Below, piece by piece: positions 9,189-18,753 of a DNA stretch of 64,000 nt. A program made the translations under genes and the position numbers. Below the pieces are notes generated by a model. The model saw only the letters and a program-made list of their open reading frames with translations, was not told where the DNA came from and searched no databases. How positions within the stretch are numbered: the stretch's first letter is position 1; every line of letters starts with the position of its first letter. This DNA is from Aridibacter sp. (GTDB lineage Bacteria; Acidobacteriota; Blastocatellia; Pyrinomonadales; Pyrinomonadaceae): contig JBFGKW010000002.1 in NCBI GenBank assembly GCA_041576495.1, forward strand, positions 5,541 to 69,540, in the 5' to 3' direction.

Positions 9189-10781
9189 TTATTTATAAGT
9201 ATCCATAAACGTCGGTTTTCTTCTCGCGTTGCTGATCTGTTCCCACGCATATGCGATCTTGATCAGAGTCGGTTCTGAAAACGCCCGGCCGAAAAACGAC
9301 ATCCCAATCGGCATCTCGCTGATAAATCCGGACGGAACGGTTATATTCGGATAACCGGAGACCGCCGCCATACTCGAACTTCCGACGTAGTTTGTCGGGC
9401 TGTCGCCCATTATTAAATCGATCAGCCACGATTGGGAATTAGACGGCGCCAAAAGCGCGTTCAGATTCTCCTTGTCCATAATCAGATCGATTCCCTTATC
9501 CTGAGTTAAAACCTTGCTCCGGAGAAGCGCAAGCCTGTATGAACGGTCGTTAAGGTCTTTTTTCTCCTGCGCCTTTTCAAAGATTTCCTGCCCGAAATAC
9601 GGCATTTCCTTATCCGAATTCTGCTTGTTGAACTCGATTAATTTTTGAAGGGTGTCATATTTACCGCCCCGGGATTCTAGATACTTGTTGAGGTCAGCCT
9701 TAAATTCGTATAAGAGAACTTCATATTCATCATCACCGTATTTCCGAAAATGAGGAAATTCTACGTCCACCAACTCTGCTCCGTTCTTTTTTAAAGTCTC
9801 TATGTTTTTGTTCATCAAGCCGTCGAGCTTGTAGTTTTTGCCAAAGTATTGGCGGACGATTCCGATTTTCATTCCCTTCAACCCGTTCTTATCCAAATAT
9901 TTCGTGTAATCTTTTTCTCCCTTTGAGACCCCCTGTGAAGTGATCGAATCCGTTTGATCTTCGCCGATCATCGCGTTGAGCAAAATTACCGCGTCAGTGA
10001 CAGTTCGCGCCATCGGGCCCGCAGTATCCTGACTATGGGCGATCGGGATGATGCCGCTTCGAGAGACGAGTCCGAGGGTCGGTTTGATTCCGACGATCCC
10101 GTTTATTGAAGACGGACACACCACTGAGCCGTCGGTCTCCGTTCCGATGGCCACGGCTGCTAGATTGGCGGCCACCGCAACCCCCGATCCGGAAGATGAA
10201 CCGCATGGACTTCTATCCAGAATATATGGATTTCTGGTCTGGCCGCCTCGCCCTGACCAGCCGCTCGATGAATTCTCCGAACGGAAATTTGCCCACTCGC
10301 TTAAATTGGTTTTGCCCAGCAGCACAGCCCCGGCGTTTCGAAGTTGACGGACCACAAAGGCATCCCTTTTGGGAGTTGGAGCGTCAACAAGGGCCAGACT
10401 CCCGGCGGTTGTTTTCATCTTATCGGCTGTATCGATATTGTCTTTTATAACTACCGGGATCCCGTGCATCTCCGATCTCACGTTTCCATCCGCCCGCTCT
10501 TTGTCCATCCGTGCTGCAATCGCCATCGCATCCGGGTTTAACTCGATTATAGACTTCAGTTTGCCGTCGTATTTCTTGATCCTTCCAAGATATATTTCGA
10601 CAAGCTGTTTTGATGTTACGTCACCGTTCTTCATCGCCTTTTGAAGATCCAGCACCGTCATTTCTTCGATGTCGAATTGTCTGACAGAAGGGCAGTCAGA
10701 AGCCGCAATTTTCTTACCCATCAAAAAAAATGTTCCTCCCGAGATACCGACCTGAAAAAAATCACGGCGATTGATTGACAT
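9189..10781 (-). CDS. Amidase-signature family amidase, Tat-exported
   Basis: 530-aa ORF with a twin-arginine-like N-terminus SINRRDFFQVG. Amidase-signature elements: VVIKDNID (Lys), GGQTRNP, and CGSSSGSGVAVAAN (Gly/Ser-rich signature). Confidence 0.9.
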   Translation of the reverse strand: MSINRRDFFQVGISGGTFFLMGKKIAASDCPSVRQFDIEEMTVLDLQKAMKNGDVTSKQLVEIYLGRIKKYDGKLKSIIELNPDAMAIAARMDKERADGNVRSEMHGIPVVIKDNIDTADKMKTTAGSLALVDAPTPKRDAFVVRQLRNAGAVLLGKTNLSEWANFRSENSSSGWSGRGGQTRNPYILDRSPCGSSSGSGVAVAANLAAVAIGTETDGSVVCPSSINGIVGIKPTLGLVSRSGIIPIAHSQDTAGPMARTVTDAVILLNAMIGEDQTDSITSQGVSKGEKDYTKYLDKNGLKGMKIGIVRQYFGKNYKLDGLMNKNIETLKKNGAELVDVEFPHFRKYGDDEYEVLLYEFKADLNKYLESRGGKYDTLQKLIEFNKQNSDKEMPYFGQEIFEKAQEKKDLNDRSYRLALLRSKVLTQDKGIDLIMDKENLNALLAPSNSQSWLIDLIMGDSPTNYVGSSSMAAVSGYPNITVPSGFISEMPIGMSFFGRAFSEPTLIKIAYAWEQISNARRKPTFMDTYK

Positions 10782-11029
10782 AGTTTCTCTCCAAATTAAT
10801 GAATTTTACTTTCTTGAACTTGGTTTAACTTATATTGCACAGGCGATTCTTGGCAAACCAAACCGGGGCCGGACGGGGCAGAAATCAAAAATGGTGAATT
10901 GCCGGATATGTACGCCAAGATCGATATACACGGCGTTCTAATGCGAAAAATAGTTGATTGTTTGGTTAGTTAGACTTACTTTACAAATCGATTCATAATA
11001 ATCAAAAATTGGTTTCTGAGGTGTTTCTT

Positions 11030-12808
11030 ATGTCGGCAAAAGTACTTTTATTCATTGTTATTCTGCTTTCGGCATTCGCCGCCGGTTGTCGCTCCGAAAC
11101 AAACACAAATGAAATAAAGGAGATCCCGAAGGTGGACAATGATGCCGCTGATAAAGAATTTGAGCAGTTGGCCGTTCGTTTCGTCGACCAATCACTTGAG
11201 CTAAACCCCGAAGAAGCGACCCGGCTTGGAGAACACAAATTCGACGGACGACTTAACGATTACAGCGTAAACGGGATCAAGCGGTCCCTTGATTTCAATA
11301 AGTCTTTCCTGGCAGAACTTGAGAAGATCCCGCTCGCTAAATTGAGCAGGGTAAACAGTATTGACTATCGAATCCTTAAACATAACCTCGAGTACGCAGT
11401 TTTTCAGATCGAGACCCTCAAAGAACACGAATGGAATCCGTTGACATATAACCCGGGCGGGGCAATTTACAACCTAATTGCCCGCGATTTCGCACCCTTA
11501 AATGAACGGCTGGTTAACGTGAAATCCCGGCTCGAAAAGATTCCCGATGTTCTCGAAGCTGCCAGGGCAAATTTGAATTCTCCGCCAAAAATCCATACGG
11601 AAACCGCGATATCCCAGAACCAGGGAGTCATCAAACTTATAAAAAAAGATCTTCAAGAATTTGTGGAACAAGCCGGGTTGACGAAGGAATTTGCACCAGT
11701 CCAGGAACGGGCAATCTCCGCGCTAGAAGAATACGGCAAATGGCTTGAGAATGATTTATTGCCGCGTTCAAACGGAGAATCTCGCCTGGGTGCCGAAAGA
11801 TACAGCCAAAAGCTTCGATTCTCAACTGATTCAGATTTAACCAAAGAAGAAATCTTAAAACGTGCGGAGGAAGATCTCGTTAAAACTCAGGATCGGATGT
11901 ACAAGATCGCGCTCCCACTCTATAACAAGTTTTTCCCGGGCGAATCGGATGTGAAAATACTGGGTGAGAAAAGTAAAATTTGCAAGGCGGTATTGGCCCG
12001 GCTGGCGGAAGACCGTCCGGACGACGAGACGATCGTCGGCCAGGCGAAAAAAGACGTTGAAGAAGCGACGGATTTTGTACGCGTGAAAGATCTTATGACT
12101 GTTCCCGACGAGCCGCTGGACGTGATCGAAATGCCTGAATTCCAGCGGGGCGTGGCAATCGCCTACTTTGATTCGGCCGGCCCGCTTGAGAAAAAAAACG
12201 AAACGTTTTATGCGATCGCACCTACCCCTTCCGATTGGGATGAAACCCGCCGCGAATCATTTTTTAGGGAATATAACGACTATATGGTTAAAAACCTCAC
12301 GGTTCACGAAGCGATGCCGGGCCATTACCTTCAGATCATGCATTCCAACCAATTTAAGGCTCCGACCATGATACGCGCGATATTTCGAAGCGGGACCTTT
12401 ACCGAGGGATGGGCGGTTTATTCCGAACAGCTAATGGCGGAAAATGGTTACGGCGGACCGGAAGTCGAAATGCAGCAGCTGAAAATGAGACTTCGCGTAA
12501 TCATTAACGCCATTATCGATCAGAAAATTCACTCTGCCGGAATGACTGAAAAGCAAGCGTTAGACCTGATGATGAATGAAGGCTACCAAGAAGAGGGCGA
12601 GGCCGCCGGCAAGTGGCGCCGGGCAAACCTGACGTCAGCGCAGCTTTCTACATATTTCGTTGGGAGCTCTGAAATGATTGATCTCGTCAATGCATATCGG
12701 GCAAAGAATGGCGAAAATACCAGTTCGGATCGGACTATGCATGACAAGCTCCTCTCATTTGGTTCGCCGCCCCCCAAATATATAAAGGAAATGCTCGAAC
12801 TCCAGTGA
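11030..12808 (+). CDS. DUF885-family lipoprotein (metallopeptidase-like HExxH-variant family)
   Basis: The ORF track starts at 11009, but the ATG at 11030 has a GAGGTG 6 nt upstream and gives MSAKVLLFIVILLSAFAAGC (signal plus lipobox). HEAMPGHYLQ and the overall layout are typical of DUF885. Confidence 0.8.
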   Translation: MSAKVLLFIVILLSAFAAGCRSETNTNEIKEIPKVDNDAADKEFEQLAVRFVDQSLELNPEEATRLGEHKFDGRLNDYSVNGIKRSLDFNKSFLAELEKIPLAKLSRVNSIDYRILKHNLEYAVFQIETLKEHEWNPLTYNPGGAIYNLIARDFAPLNERLVNVKSRLEKIPDVLEAARANLNSPPKIHTETAISQNQGVIKLIKKDLQEFVEQAGLTKEFAPVQERAISALEEYGKWLENDLLPRSNGESRLGAERYSQKLRFSTDSDLTKEEILKRAEEDLVKTQDRMYKIALPLYNKFFPGESDVKILGEKSKICKAVLARLAEDRPDDETIVGQAKKDVEEATDFVRVKDLMTVPDEPLDVIEMPEFQRGVAIAYFDSAGPLEKKNETFYAIAPTPSDWDETRRESFFREYNDYMVKNLTVHEAMPGHYLQIMHSNQFKAPTMIRAIFRSGTFTEGWAVYSEQLMAENGYGGPEVEMQQLKMRLRVIINAIIDQKIHSAGMTEKQALDLMMNEGYQEEGEAAGKWRRANLTSAQLSTYFVGSSEMIDLVNAYRAKNGENTSSDRTMHDKLLSFGSPPPKYIKEMLELQ

Positions 12809-12837
12809 TCGATGTTAGCCGGGTTGCGGAAGTAGTA

Positions 12838-12871
12838 AGAAAAAGAGGACCGCATCTAATGCCGTCCTCTT
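12838..12871 (-). terminator. Candidate rho-independent terminator for the 12897..13229 gene
   Basis: Perfect 8-bp stem AAGAGGAC (12843..12850) / GTCCTCTT (12864..12871) with a 13-nt loop. On the minus strand it is followed by a U-run (complement of the A-run at 12840..12844). It lies between convergent genes. Confidence 0.45.
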
Positions 12872-12896
12872 GGAACCGGAATGAGGCTTCGAACGT

Positions 12897-13229
12897 TTAC
12901 GGCCTGTTTTTGCGATTGTGCTTTGCCCTGTAAATTCTCCGGCTGTTTTTATTTTCGATTCTATGAATTTTCAGCCGCTCTTTTTTGGTAACCTCACCAT
13001 CTGACTTTGCCCGTTTCTTCGCCTTTTGAGTCTTCTTTTGACCCTTTTGAAGTTTTATAAACTCGCCGCGTGTGATGCTGCCGTTCTTAACTCCCTGACG
13101 GATCCGTTTTTGCTGATTCTTTTGCCGTTTGTTGATTCCCGGCGTCTCCGTCTGGGCACTTCCGGCTATCGTCAAACCGAATATAAAACAAATTGACACA
13201 ATAATTAAACCCAATGATTTCTTCATCAT
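12897..13229 (-). CDS. Small secreted Lys/Arg-rich protein, function unknown
   Basis: 110-aa ORF with signal peptide MMKKSLGLIIVSICFIFGLTIAGSAQ followed by a very basic mature part. It has an internal duplication: NGSITRGEFIKLQKGQ versus DGEVTKKERLKIHRIE. Confidence 0.6.
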   Translation of the reverse strand: MMKKSLGLIIVSICFIFGLTIAGSAQTETPGINKRQKNQQKRIRQGVKNGSITRGEFIKLQKGQKKTQKAKKRAKSDGEVTKKERLKIHRIENKNSRRIYRAKHNRKNRP

Positions 13230-13407
13230 TATTCCTCCAAGTAAATTAATTTTGCGCCAACGTTGACTCGTCTATAAGACGGCTGAAATCGCAAGATGGT
13301 CTATAAAAAAGTCAGATTAGACTTCTGGCGGCCGATCAACAACGAGAATCAGCCCGCCAATCACGAGGTTTGAGAGCAAAAATTAATTGCTCATCGGCCA
13401 TCTTCTC

Positions 13408-15828
13408 TCATCTCGGACGTGCGTCCTTGACATATTTATCCATCCATTGAATCTGCTCCCAAAGTACGTGTTCGATCGATTCGCGACCGGAATATCCGTG
13501 TGATTCGTGCGGCAGCATTACGAGCCGCGCTGTGCCGCCGTTGCCGCGGATCGCCGCAAACATACGTTCCGATTGCATCGGATAGGTGCCCGAATTATTA
13601 TCTGCTTCGCCGTGAATCAAAAGCATCGGCTCATTGATCTTATTTGCGCGCATAAACGGCGAAAGCGTGTAATAACTTTCGGGTGCTTCCCAAAACGATC
13701 TTCGTTCCGATTGAAATCCAAACGGAGTCAAGGTTCGGTTATATGCCCCGCTCCGGGCGATTCCGGCCCTGAAGAGGTCGGAGTTGGCAAGTAAATGGGC
13801 CGTCATAAACGCTCCGTATGAATGTCCCCCGACCGCCACCCGATCGGGGTCGACGACACCCATATCGGCTCCTTTATTGATCGCTGCTGCGGCTCCGGCA
13901 ACGAGCTGTTTTATGAATGTGTCGTTGACAGTCAGCGGATCGCCGACGATCGGAACCGTTACATCATTTAGAATCGCATATCCCCGCAGGAGGAGAAACA
14001 GATGAGAATAACCTCCAATGGATGTAAATCGGTTTGTCGATCCGGTAACCTGCCCGGCAACGTCCCCGTCCGTGTACTCGCGCGGATAAGCCCATAATAA
14101 CGCGGGAAGTCTCGTACCTTTTTTATAATTCGGCGGGAGGTAAAGCGTAAATGAAAGATCGACTCCATCATCCCGTTTATATTTGACCAGCTGCTTGGTA
14201 ATTCCGCGGAGTTGCGGAGTCGGGTCTTCGAAGTTGGTGATCGGAACCACAGATGTCGCATTAGCCCTTGCCTCCGGCGTGTTAGTTCGGTCACGGAGGT
14301 AAAGATTTGGCGGATCCGTTTCGGATTCACGCCGTGTAATAAAAGCATCGGCCTCATCGTCAACCAGCGCGACGAAAGTCTCGTATTCGTCAGGGCCCGA
14401 ACGGAAAAGTTCGTCCTTTACCAGCGTTTTGATATTCATCTTGTGAAGAAACGGACGGTCGCCCTGGGGAGTTGATCCGCGTCCGGAGAGATAAATCCAA
14501 TCACCGTTCTGAATGACAACCCTTTTTCCGTTTGGAAGAAGTTTGGTTTCCAGCGAGCCGATGTCATTATACCGATCCCGGATATTCAAATCCGAGATAA
14601 GCTTTAAGCTGGACGGATTTCTATAATCTGTCATAAAAATCCGACGGCGCTGTTTGTCACGATCATAATCGTAGAACCACATTGTGCCGGTCGCTTCGCC
14701 GAATATTCGGCCGACATATCGATGTTCGATTTTCAGAATATCTATTGGCTGAGTCGAAAAGGGAGCGGGCAGCATGACTAATTTGTCGCGGTGTGACGCC
14801 TTATTGCGGGGATCACCGCCGTCGAGCGCCTGCGCCCACATCAGTGTCGCGGGTTCGTTAGGTATCCAGCCAAAATTCCTCGGCGAATTGGCTACACCGC
14901 CATTCGGTAGATTGTCCTGAATCGGAATACTGGCAACTTTGTGAACCAGTTTCCCGTTTTTATCCCAAACCTCCACTTCGTTGGGAAATCTTGAATACGG
15001 GAACAGGTATGTATAAGGCCGTGTGATCTTTGACACGAGAATAAACCTGCCGTCGGGAGATACATCTGCTTCATCAAATATCGCCGGTTTGTTTATTAAA
15101 CTTATGCCGCCGTTGACCCGGATCACCGCAAGATGTGAGGCGGCGTAATAATCAAATAACTTTTCGTCGTTTGGCGAAGACAATAAATCCTGGTATGTAG
15201 GGATCGCAGCGGCACGGCCTGCAGTTTCCTGGATGCTGGGGGAGGTAGGCACATAAACCCGGGATGGCGCAGCTCCGCGGTTCTTAGAGACCGTATTTAC
15301 CAGCAGGCTCCGTTGATCAGGCATCCATTCGAACCCGCCAAACGCGGAATTAACCTGTACCCCCTTTATTTTTGTTGCCTTTCCGTTGGCCGTCTCGATA
15401 ACCCATAGCTCGACCCCGGTCGGGGTAAGATTTCCGGCAGCAATATATTTGCCGTCGGCACTCCAGTTCGGCGAGACCATCTTGGCGCTCCTGGGCAAGT
15501 TAATTGCCGTTTCCTTTCCGTCCGAAACATTCTTAAGTGTCAGGTTTGGATAATACCGTTCGCCGTGCCTGGAATTGGTAGCCGGGTTGATCCGGAGTCC
15601 GGCAAGTCTCAGCATCGGTTCCGAAAGATCCGCGATCGGCGGGTACCGGACAGGCTCAAGTAAGAGTATTTTATCCCGGGCCGGACTCAACGACGTAAAC
15701 GGCGTCGCCGGGGCATTTAAAATTTCCAGGATTTCCTTTGGAGGCTTTTGGTATCCCTGCGCCCCAACGAACGAAATACAAACCAAAAAAAGTATGACCA
15801 GAACAAATGCCTTCGAAATAACTTTCAT
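13408..15828 (-). CDS. S9-family serine peptidase (prolyl oligopeptidase / dipeptidyl-peptidase type), secreted
   Basis: 806-aa ORF with a signal peptide and a long propeller-like N-terminal region. The C-terminal alpha/beta hydrolase carries GGHSYGAFM (nucleophile Ser), HGEADNN (Asp) and HESHGY (His). Confidence 0.9.
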   Translation of the reverse strand: MKVISKAFVLVILFLVCISFVGAQGYQKPPKEILEILNAPATPFTSLSPARDKILLLEPVRYPPIADLSEPMLRLAGLRINPATNSRHGERYYPNLTLKNVSDGKETAINLPRSAKMVSPNWSADGKYIAAGNLTPTGVELWVIETANGKATKIKGVQVNSAFGGFEWMPDQRSLLVNTVSKNRGAAPSRVYVPTSPSIQETAGRAAAIPTYQDLLSSPNDEKLFDYYAASHLAVIRVNGGISLINKPAIFDEADVSPDGRFILVSKITRPYTYLFPYSRFPNEVEVWDKNGKLVHKVASIPIQDNLPNGGVANSPRNFGWIPNEPATLMWAQALDGGDPRNKASHRDKLVMLPAPFSTQPIDILKIEHRYVGRIFGEATGTMWFYDYDRDKQRRRIFMTDYRNPSSLKLISDLNIRDRYNDIGSLETKLLPNGKRVVIQNGDWIYLSGRGSTPQGDRPFLHKMNIKTLVKDELFRSGPDEYETFVALVDDEADAFITRRESETDPPNLYLRDRTNTPEARANATSVVPITNFEDPTPQLRGITKQLVKYKRDDGVDLSFTLYLPPNYKKGTRLPALLWAYPREYTDGDVAGQVTGSTNRFTSIGGYSHLFLLLRGYAILNDVTVPIVGDPLTVNDTFIKQLVAGAAAAINKGADMGVVDPDRVAVGGHSYGAFMTAHLLANSDLFRAGIARSGAYNRTLTPFGFQSERRSFWEAPESYYTLSPFMRANKINEPMLLIHGEADNNSGTYPMQSERMFAAIRGNGGTARLVMLPHESHGYSGRESIEHVLWEQIQWMDKYVKDARPR

Positions 15829-15864
15829 TTTTAATCTCCCGTTTCAATCATTGCGGCAATTCCT

Positions 15865-15897
15865 AGGTGACTTAATCAGCTTGTTCATAAGTCACCT
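15865..15897. promoter_or_regulatory. Perfect 10-bp inverted repeat in a divergent promoter region (candidate operator or stem-loop)
   Basis: AGGTGACTTA (15865..15874) and TAAGTCACCT (15888..15897) are separated by 13 nt. The repeat sits 37 bp from the S9 peptidase start codon and about 225 bp upstream of the permease gene. Confidence 0.3.
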
Positions 15898-16122
15898 GAT
15901 GCTTATTTCTTTCGAGAAGTAATCGATAAATGTTCGAATCTATAAGGCGATTCGCTCAATGAATTGGTTCTGGGGAACCCTTGCTGCATCGAATGGTCGC
16001 GTAAAAGCAGCAGTGATAACGCTTTACACTCATCCCAAAAAAACTATTTCTTTACGAACTTATGATAAAAGAGTATAAACGATAAGCGCCTGACAAAGAA
16101 GCCTTTTGAAAATCACAAACAA

Positions 16123-17427
16123 ATGACTAAAGAACAATTGGTTCGGGGGATTAGCCGCTGGGATCTTACGGCGATCGTCATCAATACGGTGATCGGTGCC
16201 GGTATTTTCGGACTCCCGTCAAAAGTCGCCAACCTGGTCGGCAGCTACAGCATTGTGGCGTTTTTTTTGTGCTCGATTATCATCGCATTTGTAGTGCTTT
16301 GTTTCGCCGAAGTGAGCAGCCGTTTCCGGGCTACCGGCGGTGCGTATATTTATACCAAAGAGGCATACGGATCATTTATCGGGTTTGAGGTCGGCTGGCT
16401 TTTCTGGATTACGAGGTTTACCGCATTTGCCGCTAACTGCAATTTACTGGTTTCTTATCTGGGGTTCTTTTACGAACCCGTTACAATCGGAATTTTTCGG
16501 ACATTTATCATTGCGCTTGTGGTGTTTGGCCTGACGTTTATAAACATCGTAGGTGTTCGTGAATCGGTTAAAACTACCAACATTCTGACGATCGGCAAAT
16601 TGATCCCGTTGTTTTTGTTTATTGTTGTCGGCGTATTCTTTATCCAGCCGGAAAACTTCGTTTTTACGGCAACGCCCGAAATGGATGTTTTTGCAAATGC
16701 GATCCTGGTTTTAATTTATGCTTTCGTTGGGTTTGAATCGGCCGTTATCCCTGCGGGCGAAATGAAGGATCCTAAAAAGAATGCGCCATTCGCACTAATG
16801 ATGGCTATTGGAATTATCGTCGCTTTTTATATCCTGATTCAAGTAGTATCGATCGGAACCCTGCCCGAACTGGCAGATTCCGAACGGCCACTTGCCGATG
16901 CCGCGCTGAAATTCGTCGGAATCTGGGGAGCCGCATTCATCGTTATTGGAGCCCTCGTTTCGATTCTGGGGAATTTGAATGTAGGGTTGCTGGCGACCAC
17001 GCGGTTGATGTTTGCGATGGCCGAGCAAAGAGACATACCTCAGATTTTAGCCAAGCTTCATACGAAATTTAAGACCCCATATATTTCGATCATCATAACT
17101 TCGATCGGGATTTTTATTTTCACTGTTTACAGCAATTTTCTCGAGGCGTTAACGATTAGCACGGTGACACGGATAATTGTCTATGGAATGACCTGCATCG
17201 CATTGCCGATATTTCGATATCGCAAGAATGCTCCAGAAGCCGGTTTTATCGCACCGCTCGGAATTCTTGCATCGATTATCTCGCTGATTTTGCTCGGCTG
17301 GTTAATGTTTAGCGTGAAAATGTCTGACCTTATTCAGGTGGCGGCAGCTCTTGTGGTGGGTGCGCTAATATATTTGCTGTCTAATCTCGGGCAGAAACCG
17401 ACTCCGCCTGCGGGTGATGGGCTTTAG
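16123..17427 (+). CDS. APC-superfamily amino-acid permease
   Basis: 434-aa ORF with about 12 hydrophobic segments. The N-terminal pattern ISRWDLTAIVINTVIGAGIFGLPS is typical of APC amino-acid transporters. Confidence 0.85.
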   Translation: MTKEQLVRGISRWDLTAIVINTVIGAGIFGLPSKVANLVGSYSIVAFFLCSIIIAFVVLCFAEVSSRFRATGGAYIYTKEAYGSFIGFEVGWLFWITRFTAFAANCNLLVSYLGFFYEPVTIGIFRTFIIALVVFGLTFINIVGVRESVKTTNILTIGKLIPLFLFIVVGVFFIQPENFVFTATPEMDVFANAILVLIYAFVGFESAVIPAGEMKDPKKNAPFALMMAIGIIVAFYILIQVVSIGTLPELADSERPLADAALKFVGIWGAAFIVIGALVSILGNLNVGLLATTRLMFAMAEQRDIPQILAKLHTKFKTPYISIIITSIGIFIFTVYSNFLEALTISTVTRIIVYGMTCIALPIFRYRKNAPEAGFIAPLGILASIISLILLGWLMFSVKMSDLIQVAAALVVGALIYLLSNLGQKPTPPAGDGL

Positions 17428-17480
17428 TCTGAAATCAATCCACTGTCAATGTATCCGGAAAGAAATCAACTCTCACGGCA

Positions 17481-18230
17481 TCAGTATTTCATTCTTTGGA
17501 TAAGCCCGTTGAGCCCCTCCAGCAAGAGGTTCGGTTCGACAATTTTAACAAATTCAGATTCGCCCTCAATCAGCTCTGCGAAACCGCCGGTTGATATGAC
17601 GGCAGCTTGTTTACCATAAACATTTGTTATTCGCTTGATGATGCCGTCGACCATTCCAATATAGCCGTAATAAATACCCGATTGAATGGAGCCTCTGGTG
17701 GAATTGCCAAGAATTTCATTCGGTTTTTCAATCTCTATCTTTGGCAATTTGGAGGTTTTTTCAAAAAGCGCTGAAGCAAGCGTGTTGATTCCGGGACTTA
17801 TTATTCCACCCAAATACTCAAGTTTTTCACTTACAAAATCAATTGTTGTAGCAGTACCGAAATCGCAGACGACACAAGGTGCGCCGTATTTGGCAACCGC
17901 CGCATAGGCATCGACCAGCCGGTCGGAGCCGCAATCTGAAGACGGGAAGTAATTTATTGAAAAGCCGAAATCGAACGTATGGTCGACAAAAACCGGTTCT
18001 TTTTTATAGTATTCGAGTCCGAATTTCCGATATTCGTCATCATTTTCCGCAACCACAGAAGAAATTACGATTCCGTCGAGCCGATCGGGAAAGGCGTGGT
18101 TCAGATTCTTAAAAATTTCCGGACTAGTTGTCCTGCGGTTCGTATCTACAGAAATTTTCTTCATCAGGCCCTGACCCTCAAAAAGGCCGAACTTCGTTTT
18201 CGAATTTCCGATGTCGATGGCGAGCTGCAT
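17481..18230 (-). CDS. coaX: Type III pantothenate kinase
   Basis: The track ORF extends to 18272. The internal ATG at 18230 gives the canonical MQLAIDIGNSKTKFG N-terminus (ASKHA phosphate-1 motif). DFGTATT and STGG are also present. Confidence 0.85.
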   Translation of the reverse strand: MQLAIDIGNSKTKFGLFEGQGLMKKISVDTNRRTTSPEIFKNLNHAFPDRLDGIVISSVVAENDDEYRKFGLEYYKKEPVFVDHTFDFGFSINYFPSSDCGSDRLVDAYAAVAKYGAPCVVCDFGTATTIDFVSEKLEYLGGIISPGINTLASALFEKTSKLPKIEIEKPNEILGNSTRGSIQSGIYYGYIGMVDGIIKRITNVYGKQAAVISTGGFAELIEGESEFVKIVEPNLLLEGLNGLIQRMKY

Positions 18231-18305
18231 ATCGAAAGAAAAAGCGGAAAAAGGAAAATGTCTGAATATCATTTTCCATTTTCCGCTATTTGTTTTTGAC
18301 CAAAA

Positions 18306-18671
18306 TTACCCTTCAAGCGGCAGACCGTCATAAACGACCCGCCATCCATTTTTCCTACTTGTGCTTAAACTCTTATTGTACCAATCCAGCGCTTTATCAG
18401 GGTCATCGTAGAGCTGAACCGCGGGATTTGACTCGCGCGGGTCGACCCGGCAGATTGCTCCTCCTTCATCTGCGGTTTTTAAACAAAGAAGCGCGATGAA
18501 ATTGTTCTTTGACAGAATCGCCGTTCTCATATTTACCTCACTAAACTCAATCGGTTTAATCTCGATATCGAGCTCGCGGTTTTCTTCGTCAAACGGCTCA
18601 CTGTCAAAATCGGGAAGTTCGTCTTCCAGATCTTCGAGGTATTGGTCAAAATTTTCAATATCAGAACTCAT
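18306..18671 (-). CDS. Hypothetical protein with a strongly acidic N-terminal tail
   Basis: 121-aa ORF between birA and coaX on the same strand. The first ~45 residues are about 45% Asp/Glu (MSSDIENFDQYLEDLEDELPDFDSEPFDEENRELD), followed by a ~75-aa probable globular part. I recognise no family. Confidence 0.55.
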   Translation of the reverse strand: MSSDIENFDQYLEDLEDELPDFDSEPFDEENRELDIEIKPIEFSEVNMRTAILSKNNFIALLCLKTADEGGAICRVDPRESNPAVQLYDDPDKALDWYNKSLSTSRKNGWRVVYDGLPLEG

Positions 18672-18753
18672 AGATTAATTACCCGAAATAAGGATTCGAA
18701 AGAAACGTTTCTATCAATAATCGATGGGAATGTAAAACCCACGGACTATTTTC

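Noticed and set aside
15932-15940. GTTCGAATC, which resembles a tRNA T-loop.
   Set aside because: The flanks cannot form a T-stem or acceptor stem and there is no cloverleaf. No tRNA was found anywhere in the intergenic regions I inspected.
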